Positions 56,174 through 64,000 of a stretch of 64,000 nt of DNA are shown here, piece after piece (positions within the stretch are counted from its first letter, which is position 1; each line of letters begins with the position of its first letter). Source of the stretch: an uncultured Gemmatimonadaceae bacterium. GTDB lineage: Bacteria; Gemmatimonadota; Gemmatimonadetes; Gemmatimonadales; Gemmatimonadaceae. Below the pieces are notes generated by a model that was not told where the DNA came from, made no database searches, and saw only the letters and a program-made list of their open reading frames with translations. The DNA lies in assembly GCA_963829055.1 (NCBI GenBank), contig CAWHHI010000008.1, forward strand, positions 224,001-288,000, given 5' to 3'. The position numbers were made by a program, and so were the translations under genes.

Positions 56174-58090
56174 TTAGGCACCACGACCCGGGCGTCCACC
56201 GCGGGTCGGTCCACGCGTGATGAACGTGAGCACGAGCCGGCCGTTCACGAGCGCGTCGCGGTCCAGCGGCGTCAGAACCGTCGATCCTGACGCCGCCGTG
56301 GACACCGGACCGATCAGCTGCTGCACGACGCGCGCACGGCCGCCCGCATCGCGGCGACGCAACACGACCGCCTGCACCCTCGTCGCCGGGACGCCGCTCA
56401 CCGTGACGGCGTGTCGAAGCGTGCTCGTCACGGGGTCGAACGTGAACGCTGCACGCGCCATTGCCGCGGTCGGACCACCCTGCGCCGCACGCGCCGTCGT
56501 GGAAAACGCCACTGCCGTCGGCGCATGGCCGTTCACGAGCGGCGGGGTCGAGAACGGAGGCCGACGCCGCGGCCCGAGCTGCTCGAACGCGTAGCCTAAC
56601 GACACGAGTCTGACATCACTGAACGCGCGGCCGAGCAGCTCGATGCCGACCGGGAGGCCATCACTCGTGAAGCCCGCGGGAACGCTCAGCGCCGGAAGAC
56701 CCGTCTGTGCACTCAGCCCGCAGGTACTGCCCAGCTGAACGTCGCCGGGAAATACCGGCCTGCGCCGCATCGTCGGATAGACGAGCGCGTCGAGTCCCAG
56801 GCTGTCCATGATGGCGACGACGCGCGCGCGCAGCACCGCCTGACGCGCGAGCGCTCGTCGATACGGCGCGTTGTCACGCGTCCCCAGACTGTCGGCGAGC
56901 TTGAAGCGCGCCTCGAGTGCACTGCTCTCGAGTCCACTGGCGAGAATGTCGCCGATGGACTTGACCGACTCACCCGGCGTCTTCGCCAGGTAATCGATCA
57001 TGTCGTACTTGTGCTCGAAGTTGATGACGCTCGTTCCTGCGACGAGACTGTCGAAGTTCGCGATGTCGATGCGCACGGTGTCGGCGCCCGCAGCCTTCAT
57101 CGCGCGAACCGCGGCCCGCACCGTGTCGATGATGTCGCCGTCGGCATCGGTCATGTAGTTCGCGAGAATTCCGATCCGTGCGCCGCGTAAGGCATCTGCC
57201 CGCAAGGAATCGGTGAAGCGTGGAATCGGGCGTCCGACCAGCACCCGCGTCGAAGAGTCCGCGGAGTCCGCGCCGACGGAGACGTCGAGCGCGATCGCGA
57301 GATCGGTGATCGTCCGCGCGAGCGGGCCGGGAATGTCCTGCGTGTGCGAGAGCGGCATGACGCCGCTGCGGCTCACGAGTCCTTGCGTGGGCCGCAGTCC
57401 GGCGAGACTCCCGAACGCCGACGGAATGCGAATCGATCCACACGTGTCGGATCCCCAACCGACCGCAGCGAAGCTCGCGGCGATCGCCGCGCCGGTGCCA
57501 CCGCTCGAGCCACCGGGACAGCGTCGCGGATCGTACGGATTCCGCGTTTGCCCGCCGAGGGAGCTGATCGTCGTGATGCCTGCGGCCAACTCGTGCATGT
57601 TCGACTTGCCGAGGATGATCGCGCCGGCGTCGCGCAGCCTGCGGACGACGAATGCATCGTCACGCGTCTGATGATTCGCGAGCGCGAGCGAGCCGCCGCT
57701 GGTTGGCAGATCGGCGGTGTCGAAGTTGTCCTTGATGATGACGGGAATCCCGTGCAGCGGGCCCCTCACCTTGCCACTGCGTCGCTCGGCGTCGAGCCGT
57801 CGCGCGTCCGCGCGCGCGTTCGGGTTGAGCCGGATCATGGAGTTGAGCTGCGGCCCGCGGTGATCATACTCCGCGATCCGGGCGAGATACGCATCCACGA
57901 GCGCGACGGCCGTGGTGCGGCCGTCGGTCATGTCGCGCTGCAGATCGGTTATCGTCGCCTCGTGTACCTCGACACCTCGCGGCTGTTGCGCTGCCTGGGC
58001 CGGCAGGATACCGACAGCCGAGCCTATCGCGATGACGAGCGTGACCGCCGCTCGGCGGGGATGCGTTCGGCGAACGAGATCTGATGACAC
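56174..58090 (-). CDS. Secreted amidase with C-terminal CHRD-like domain
   Basis: Signal peptide AQA, GPLHGIPVIIKDN, PGGSSGGT, GSDTCGSIRIP, GLPALSVP; about 115-aa beta-rich tail. Confidence 0.9.
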   Translation of the reverse strand: MSSDLVRRTHPRRAAVTLVIAIGSAVGILPAQAAQQPRGVEVHEATITDLQRDMTDGRTTAVALVDAYLARIAEYDHRGPQLNSMIRLNPNARADARRLDAERRSGKVRGPLHGIPVIIKDNFDTADLPTSGGSLALANHQTRDDAFVVRRLRDAGAIILGKSNMHELAAGITTISSLGGQTRNPYDPRRCPGGSSGGTGAAIAASFAAVGWGSDTCGSIRIPSAFGSLAGLRPTQGLVSRSGVMPLSHTQDIPGPLARTITDLAIALDVSVGADSADSSTRVLVGRPIPRFTDSLRADALRGARIGILANYMTDADGDIIDTVRAAVRAMKAAGADTVRIDIANFDSLVAGTSVINFEHKYDMIDYLAKTPGESVKSIGDILASGLESSALEARFKLADSLGTRDNAPYRRALARQAVLRARVVAIMDSLGLDALVYPTMRRRPVFPGDVQLGSTCGLSAQTGLPALSVPAGFTSDGLPVGIELLGRAFSDVRLVSLGYAFEQLGPRRRPPFSTPPLVNGHAPTAVAFSTTARAAQGGPTAAMARAAFTFDPVTSTLRHAVTVSGVPATRVQAVVLRRRDAGGRARVVQQLIGPVSTAASGSTVLTPLDRDALVNGRLVLTFITRGPTRGGRPGRGA

Positions 58091-58132
58091 GCGCGCTCCT
58101 CGAGTCGTGGGTCGGCGCGCCTCACCAGAACC

Positions 58133-59800
58133 TCACCGAGGCGCCGGGAACGAGGATGCAGCCGGCGAAATGCGCCCGCCAGTGACTGACGAGACATCCA
58201 CGGAATCATGTGCGTCGTCGCCGCTCAGTCGCGCCGATTCGCGGTGCAGCATCTCGACTACTGCCTGGAACAGCTCTCTCGCGTGTGCAGGCGTCCGACC
58301 GATACACACTGCGCCGACCTTTCCGAACTCCGGCAGAGCGCCCAGCAGGTGGAACACGGCACCGCATTCGACGGCAGGGTCGTACGCCAGCCCGCATCGC
58401 TGCGCCGCGGAGAGCACGTCTTCCGGAGCCAGTGCGGCGAACGACGGATCACACAGGTTGTCGGATGCCACGTAGTAGCACGGCCGGCCCGACGCAGTCC
58501 GATACAGCCCGGTTGCTGCGTCGTATGCGCCGTCGGTGAGCATCTGCAGCGCGAGATACGGGTGGGTCGTCCCGCCCTTCCGGAGGTTGATCTCGATCGC
58601 ATGATGGACCCACTGATCCGGGGCGTCATGCAACCGCGTCGACACGAAGTCGATCCCGAATCTCGCGACGACGCCATCCTCGGCGAGCACCGCCGTCACG
58701 CGCTGCGCGGCGTCGTGGAGCCCGGGGCAGCAGGACGCTTCCGCGGGAAAGGTGCACCCGAGGTAGATCTGTCCCGTGGCGCCGCCGAGCACCTGATCGT
58801 GCGTCGAGATGATCTGCGTCTCGCCGATCGGGCTGATGCGACATTGCACGGACGGTGAGCGCTTCTCGACGCCGTCGACATACGCTTCGACGATTCCGCC
58901 GAGGCGCGCGAACTCGTCGCTGTACGCGTCCCATGTCTGGTCGGCCGCAACGCAGCGAGCACGCACCGGGAGCTCGCGCCGGACCCACGATTCGAGCTCC
59001 GCGCCCGCGGGGGCACCGTCATACGAGAAGATCGCGTTCCCCTCCCCGGAGAATCCCTCCTCGAGCTTGATCACCGCCTTCCGCAGCCTCGGATGCTCGC
59101 GCTTGAGCGCGACGAGCGCGCGGCGCAGATCATCGTCGCCGCGCAGGTGCTCGTACCCCGGCGGCATCCCGACGCCGGCTCGGCGAAAGACCTCGCGGCT
59201 GCCGCTCTTCGTACCAAGGTGGGCGAGGGTGGGATCGCAGCCGTAGAGCGGCAGGCCGAGGCGCACCGCAAGCGTCCGCTCCAACGTGGTCGCATTGAAG
59301 CACGTGAGATGCGCTGCCGCGGGGTCGCTCACCAGCTCCCGAATTCGCGCTAGCAAATCCGGCCGCGCGAGCATCTTCTCGGTCAGCGGGGCGGGAGACG
59401 CGTCATTGCAGGTGAGCATCGTTAGGCGGGATCGCGCATCCGCCAGCGCGACGCCGCGAAGGAGTCGCAGATAGTAGTCGACGATCGCGGGCGCGATCGG
59501 CTCGCTGGTGACGTACACGACGTGCGTCGCTGGCAACTGCAGCAGCAGGAGAAGACAGAGAAACCGCTCCTCGTAGTGCGACGCCCCGACCAGCTTCGTC
59601 AGCTCCTCGCGGTCGAGCGACATGCTGGGAATGACGATGACGGTTCGCGGCGCCCGCCGATCAGAGAACACCCGGCGGTACATCGGCGCGAGCGCGCCCT
59701 GCAGTTCGGCAAACGCGCGAAGCTCATCAGCAGAGCCGGGCGATGGCCCAAGCGGCGAAGCCGGAATGGCGGGGCTGGCGGGAACGTCGACTACAGTCAT
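58133..59800 (-). CDS. ATP-grasp protein, peptide ligase PGM1-related
   Basis: VIPSMSLD, HYEERFL, GTKSGSR, KLEEGFSGEGNA, SPSVQ, STHDQVLGG, FGIDF, IEINLRKGGTTHP. Confidence 0.85.
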   Translation of the reverse strand: MTVVDVPASPAIPASPLGPSPGSADELRAFAELQGALAPMYRRVFSDRRAPRTVIVIPSMSLDREELTKLVGASHYEERFLCLLLLLQLPATHVVYVTSEPIAPAIVDYYLRLLRGVALADARSRLTMLTCNDASPAPLTEKMLARPDLLARIRELVSDPAAAHLTCFNATTLERTLAVRLGLPLYGCDPTLAHLGTKSGSREVFRRAGVGMPPGYEHLRGDDDLRRALVALKREHPRLRKAVIKLEEGFSGEGNAIFSYDGAPAGAELESWVRRELPVRARCVAADQTWDAYSDEFARLGGIVEAYVDGVEKRSPSVQCRISPIGETQIISTHDQVLGGATGQIYLGCTFPAEASCCPGLHDAAQRVTAVLAEDGVVARFGIDFVSTRLHDAPDQWVHHAIEINLRKGGTTHPYLALQMLTDGAYDAATGLYRTASGRPCYYVASDNLCDPSFAALAPEDVLSAAQRCGLAYDPAVECGAVFHLLGALPEFGKVGAVCIGRTPAHARELFQAVVEMLHRESARLSGDDAHDSVDVSSVTGGRISPAASSFPAPR

Positions 59801-60081
59801 GATTCCACTCCGTCGCGCGATCGAGGTGATCAGGATGAATGCACCCGTGCGACCGCCAGGTCAGTCGGGCAACGGCGCGCCATACGTGGTGGATCCCCGC
59901 ACGCGAGCTCGACAGCAGCGTTGCGCGGCCGAGCGTCCCCGGGGCGACCGACGACGGGGTTTCCCCTATGGCCACTGCGGGGTTTTGCCGACTGCCTCCG
60001 CCCGAGAGGCGTGGTACTAGTTCAGAGCGCGGCTGGGTGTCGTCTGCCGGATGGACCGCGCGAAGACGATGGGGAGGTCTG

Positions 60082-60432
60082 ATGCGAGCGAACGAGTTGA
60101 ACCGAACGATCCTGGTACCGATTCTCGATGGCGATATCACCGAGGAGACGCTCGGGATCGCGATGCCGTTGGTGGCCAGGGAGCGAACGCGCCTGGTGTT
60201 GGTGCACGTCACGCCGACCGCGGAAGCGGAATCGGCCGAGCGTCACCCGTGCGGCCGTCACGCTCCGATCAACCCGCCAGTCAACCGCCGTTGGCAGCGT
60301 CTCGCATCGGCCGCGCCGCAACGCACCTTCGTCGAGGCTGTTGCGGGCGACCCCGCAATGGTGGTGCGCGAGGAGGCCGAGCGATTCGGCAGCGACACGA
60401 TCGTGGTGAGCCCGCCTGCGTTCGAACCGTGA
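60082..60432 (+). CDS. Universal stress protein-like
   Basis: TILVPI, LVLVHV, GDPAMVVREEAERFGSDTIVV; GGGAGG RBS. Confidence 0.7.
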   Translation: MRANELNRTILVPILDGDITEETLGIAMPLVARERTRLVLVHVTPTAEAESAERHPCGRHAPINPPVNRRWQRLASAAPQRTFVEAVAGDPAMVVREEAERFGSDTIVVSPPAFEP

Positions 60433-60448
60433 CCAATCCGGAGGCAAC

Positions 60449-60910
60449 ATGCTGACCGATCCGCACTTCTCTCTGCCGCGCCTAACGCGCTTCGATACGC
60501 GGGACGACGACCTGAGCACGACGCCGCTTTCACGCATCGCCCGCGAGCATGGCGTCGAGGCCGAGGCCGTTGACACGATGCTCGAGATGCTGCCGGTCGC
60601 CGTGTTCATGGTGGACCGAGACGGCCATGTGGTCTACGCGAACGCCCAGGCTCGTACGTTGCGCGCGGATCGGCTGGATCGCATCCAGTGGGCGGTCACA
60701 CGCGCATTGCTCACGGAGGACGCGGTGCGCGAAGACGACATCGAGCTTCTCGCAGACGGAAATCCGCGGCGCTGGTTGAGCGTCCTCGTGACCCCGCTTC
60801 GAACGCCAGGCGTCGGAATCACCGCCGCGTTCGTGGTGATTTCCGACGTGACGGCCCGCAAGCGGCTGGATGGCTGGACGCCCGTGATCGAGTCGCTCGT
60901 GAATCTCTGA
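60449..60910 (+). CDS. Stand-alone PAS domain protein
   Basis: LEMLPVAVFMVDRDGHVVYANAQA, ISDVTARK; GGAGG RBS. Confidence 0.8.
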   Translation: MLTDPHFSLPRLTRFDTRDDDLSTTPLSRIAREHGVEAEAVDTMLEMLPVAVFMVDRDGHVVYANAQARTLRADRLDRIQWAVTRALLTEDAVREDDIELLADGNPRRWLSVLVTPLRTPGVGITAAFVVISDVTARKRLDGWTPVIESLVNL

Positions 60911-60917
60911 GCACGGC

Positions 60918-61086
60918 TGTCATTCCGAGCGGAGCGTCGAAGCGCGAGTCGAGGAGGGTTGTCATTCCGAGCGGAGCCGCGAAGCGGCGGAGTCGAGGAA
61001 TCGAGACCATCCTGGTAGAGGGCTCTCTACCCATCACAGTCGCGATTCCTCGACTCCGCGCCTTCGGCGCTCCGCTCGGAATGACA
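60918..61086. repeat. Palindromic REP/MITE-like element, copy 2, with a duplicated left arm
   Basis: Same termini and the same GGTAGAGGGCTCTCTACC core as 56014-56166; between convergent genes. Confidence 0.88.
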
Positions 61087-61093
61087 ACCGCTC

Positions 61094-62986
61094 CTATGAC
61101 TCGGCGGCCATCGTCTCGAGCGCCTCCCAGCGCGCCATCGATTCCGCAATCTCGGCATCGAGCGTCTCGAGCCGTTGCTTCGCGCTGACCACCGCTGCGC
61201 CATCTCGCAGGAACGCCGGGTCTCCGAGAGACGCGTAGAGCGCCTCCCGCTCTCGCTCCAACGCATCGATACGATCCGGCAGCGCCGTCAGCTCCGCCTT
61301 GTCACTGAAGGAGAGACGTCGCCGCTTCTCCGTCCGCCGCGGTGCGCGCGGTGTCGGTGGCGGCGCCGCCGGAGCAACCTTCGCGCGACGCGGCGGGCGC
61401 TGGCGAATCCAGTCGCTGTACCCGCCCACGTACTCACCGACGCGTCCGTCTTCCTCCATCACCAGCGTGCTCGTGACGACGTTGTCGAGAAACGCGCGAT
61501 CGTGGCTGACGAGCAGGAGCGTCCCCGAGAACTCGAGCAGCAGATCCTCCAGCAGATCGAGCGTCTCGATGTCGAGGTCGTTCGTCGGCTCATCGAGGAC
61601 GAGCACGTTGAACGCTCGCGTGAACAGCCGCGCGAGCAGCAGTCGATTGCGCTCACCGCCCGAGAGCGCACGAACGGGTGTGCGAGCGCGATCCGGCGGG
61701 AACAGGAAATCCTGCAGATATCCGTTGACGTGCTTGCGCCCACCGCCGACGTCCACGAAATCCGCGCCGTCCGCGATGCTCTCGAACACGGTGCGCTCGG
61801 GATCGAGCTGCTCGCGCAGCTGATCGAAGTACGCGATCTCCAACCCGGTGCCGGTGCGCACCGTGCCCGCGTTAGGCTCGAGCTCGCCGAGCAGCAGGCG
61901 GAGCAGCGTGGTCTTGCCGGACCCGTTTCGACCGATGATGCCGACGCGATCACCGCGCGTGATCGTCGTGCTGAAATCGCGCACGATGGTGCGCTCGCCG
62001 TGCGCGAACGTCACGTCCCGCGCCTCGAATACGAGACGCCCCGACCGCTCGGCCTCCGCCGCCTGTAACTTCACGGTCCCAGTCCTGTCGCGTCGCGCAC
62101 CTCGTTCCCGTCGCAACGCCTCGAGCGCGCGGACGCGTCCTTCGTTTCGAGTTCGCCGAGCCTGAATCCCCGTGCGGATCCAGACCTCCTCCTTCGCGAG
62201 CTTCTTGTCGAACTCCGCCCACTCGCGCCCCTCGGCCGCGAGCGCGGCTTCCTTCCGCTCGAGGTACGACGCGTAGTCGGTGCCCCAGTCGACGAGCTGC
62301 CCGCGGTCGAGCTCCACGATTCGCGTCGCGACGCGGCGCAGGAACGCGCGATCGTGCGTCACGAACAGCAGTGTCGTTCCGTCGTCGATGAGGAACTCCT
62401 CCAGCCACTCGATCGCCTCGATGTCGAGATGGTTCGTGGGCTCGTCGAGCAGCAGGACGTCGGGGTGACCAACGAGGGCGCGCGCCAGCAGCGTCTGACG
62501 CTTCCGTCCGCCTGACGCGCGCGCGAACGGCGCATCGGCGTCGAGCCCGAGGCGCAGCAACACCGTGTCGACGCGCGACTGAATCTCCCAGGCACGCGCG
62601 GCGTCGAGTGCGTGATGGAGCCGGTCCAATTCGCGAACGGCGGCATCGTTGCCGCCGACGGCAACGTCGTGACTCGCCTGGTGATACCGCGCGATGAGTC
62701 GTCCGGTCTCGCCCAGCCCGGCGGCGACGACGTCGAACGTCGTACCCTCGATGTCCCCGGGAACTTCCTGCTCGAGCCGGGCGACGGTGATGCCAGTTTG
62801 CCGGACAACCGCCCCGGAATCGGGAAGGGTGCTACCATCCAGGAGCCGCATGAGCGTGCTTTTCCCGGCACCATTGCGACCGAGGACGCACACGCGCTCT
62901 CCACGCTCGATCGCGAGGTCGGCGTGGTCGAGCACCGGCGGTCCTCCGAACGCAATGCTGACTTCGCGGATACTTATTACAGCCAT
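61094..62986 (-). CDS. uup: ABC-F family ATPase Uup
   Basis: Two ABC domains (GRNGAGKST, GRNGSGKTT), LDEPTNHLD, LDEPTNDLD, linker EEVWIRTGIQARRTRNEGRVRALE, C-terminal coiled coil. Confidence 0.92.
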   Translation of the reverse strand: MAVISIREVSIAFGGPPVLDHADLAIERGERVCVLGRNGAGKSTLMRLLDGSTLPDSGAVVRQTGITVARLEQEVPGDIEGTTFDVVAAGLGETGRLIARYHQASHDVAVGGNDAAVRELDRLHHALDAARAWEIQSRVDTVLLRLGLDADAPFARASGGRKRQTLLARALVGHPDVLLLDEPTNHLDIEAIEWLEEFLIDDGTTLLFVTHDRAFLRRVATRIVELDRGQLVDWGTDYASYLERKEAALAAEGREWAEFDKKLAKEEVWIRTGIQARRTRNEGRVRALEALRRERGARRDRTGTVKLQAAEAERSGRLVFEARDVTFAHGERTIVRDFSTTITRGDRVGIIGRNGSGKTTLLRLLLGELEPNAGTVRTGTGLEIAYFDQLREQLDPERTVFESIADGADFVDVGGGRKHVNGYLQDFLFPPDRARTPVRALSGGERNRLLLARLFTRAFNVLVLDEPTNDLDIETLDLLEDLLLEFSGTLLLVSHDRAFLDNVVTSTLVMEEDGRVGEYVGGYSDWIRQRPPRRAKVAPAAPPPTPRAPRRTEKRRRLSFSDKAELTALPDRIDALEREREALYASLGDPAFLRDGAAVVSAKQRLETLDAEIAESMARWEALETMAAES

Positions 62987-63022
62987 TCACTCACCCCCAC
63001 CCCGGTCCCGTTCTCGTAGCAC

Positions 63023-64000
63023 ATGCACATTCTGTTCGGCTATCTCAAACAATACTGGAAGCTGGTGCTGGTGGCTCTGCTATTGGCCACGATCAACCAG
63101 GTCTTCTCGCTGCTCGACCCGCTCATCTTCCGCCACATCATCGACAGCTACGCGACGCGCTACGCCGACTACACGACGAGCCAGTTCTTCCGCGGCGTGT
63201 CGCTGCTGCTGCTCGCGGCGGTCGGCGTGGCGTTCGTCTCGCGCGTCGCCAAGAACTTTCAGGACTACTGCGTCAACCTCGTCACGCAGCGCCTTGGCGC
63301 CCAGCTCTACTCCGACGGCATCCGCCACTCGCTCGCGCTGCCGTACTCCGTGTTCGAGGATCAGCGGAGCGGTGAGACGTTAGGCAAGCTGCAGAAGGCG
63401 CGCTCGGACTCCGAGCGGTTCGTCGCGGCGGCGGTCAACGTCGTGTTCACGACGATCGTCGGCGTGGTGTTCGTCATGATCTACGCGTGGAAAGTACACT
63501 GGTCGATAGCGCCCGCGTTCCTGCTGACGGTCCCCTTGCTCGGCGTCCTCAGCTCCGTGTTGAGCAAGCGCATCAAGGAGATTCAGAAGGTCATCGTCGC
63601 CGAGACGACCGCGCTCGCCGGCAGCACGACCGAGTCGCTTCGAAATATCGAGCTCGTGAAGAGCCTCGGGTTGGCCGAGCAGGAGGTGCAGCGGCTGAAC
63701 GGGACGACGCAGAAGATCCTGAAGCTCGAGCTCAAGAAGGTGCGCTACCTGCGGAGCCTCAGCTTCATCCAGGGCACCGCGGTCAACTTCCTGAGGACGT
63801 GCATCCTGTTTCTGATGCTCTACCTCATCTTCGACCGACAGATCACCGTCGGGCAGTTCTTCTCGCTGCTCATCTACTCGTTCTTCATCTTCGGTCCGCT
63901 CCAGGAGCTGGGGAACGTCATCAACATCTATCGCGAGACCGAAGCGTCGATGGCGAACTTCGAGGCCGTGCTCGCGATGCCGCTCGATCCCAAGCCCACG
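63023..64000 (+). CDS. ABC exporter, fused permease/ATPase, 5' part (runs off right edge)
   Basis: Open frame from ATG 63023: MHILFGYLKQYWKLVLVALLLATINQVFSLLDP..., TTESLRNIELVKSLG, ITVGQ. Confidence 0.88.
   Translation, partial: MHILFGYLKQYWKLVLVALLLATINQVFSLLDPLIFRHIIDSYATRYADYTTSQFFRGVSLLLLAAVGVAFVSRVAKNFQDYCVNLVTQRLGAQLYSDGIRHSLALPYSVFEDQRSGETLGKLQKARSDSERFVAAAVNVVFTTIVGVVFVMIYAWKVHWSIAPAFLLTVPLLGVLSSVLSKRIKEIQKVIVAETTALAGSTTESLRNIELVKSLGLAEQEVQRLNGTTQKILKLELKKVRYLRSLSFIQGTAVNFLRTCILFLMLYLIFDRQITVGQFFSLLIYSFFIFGPLQELGNVINIYRETEASMANFEAVLAMPLDPKPT

Overview
GC-rich (about 69-70% by eye) bacterial DNA, most consistent with Gemmatimonadota. This is inferred from the PadR + duplicated ABC permease pair, the Ser/Thr kinase-TPR protein and the stand-alone plug lipoprotein. 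Bases 1-17.5 kb are a housekeeping block: rsgA, proline dehydrogenase, M14 peptidase, fadJ/fadI, glpD, greA, deoxyhypusine/homospermidine synthase, LOG protein, alkaline-phosphatase-family protein and queG. After queG comes a long accessory region with several truly decayed gene fragments, a cytochrome-c nitric oxide reductase cluster (small ORF-norC[di-heme]-norB-norQ-norD), oxidoreductases, transporters, a GH15 hydrolase and amidases. It also holds an AraC / YtkA-like / di-heme peroxidase / GNAT module whose three promoters share an unannotated box, GTCAGCC-N4-CGTTCAAGAG-N18-(-10). Other signals are the heptamer GTTAGGC/GCCTAAC iterated about 49 times, a decayed duplicate of the queG 3' end, a promoter-terminator leader before greA, a 240-bp hairpin built from 17-bp repeats and two copies of a GTCATTCCGAGCG palindromic element. 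About 15 genes carry single-base frameshifts that look like long-read consensus errors. All calls come from reading motifs; no database search was run.
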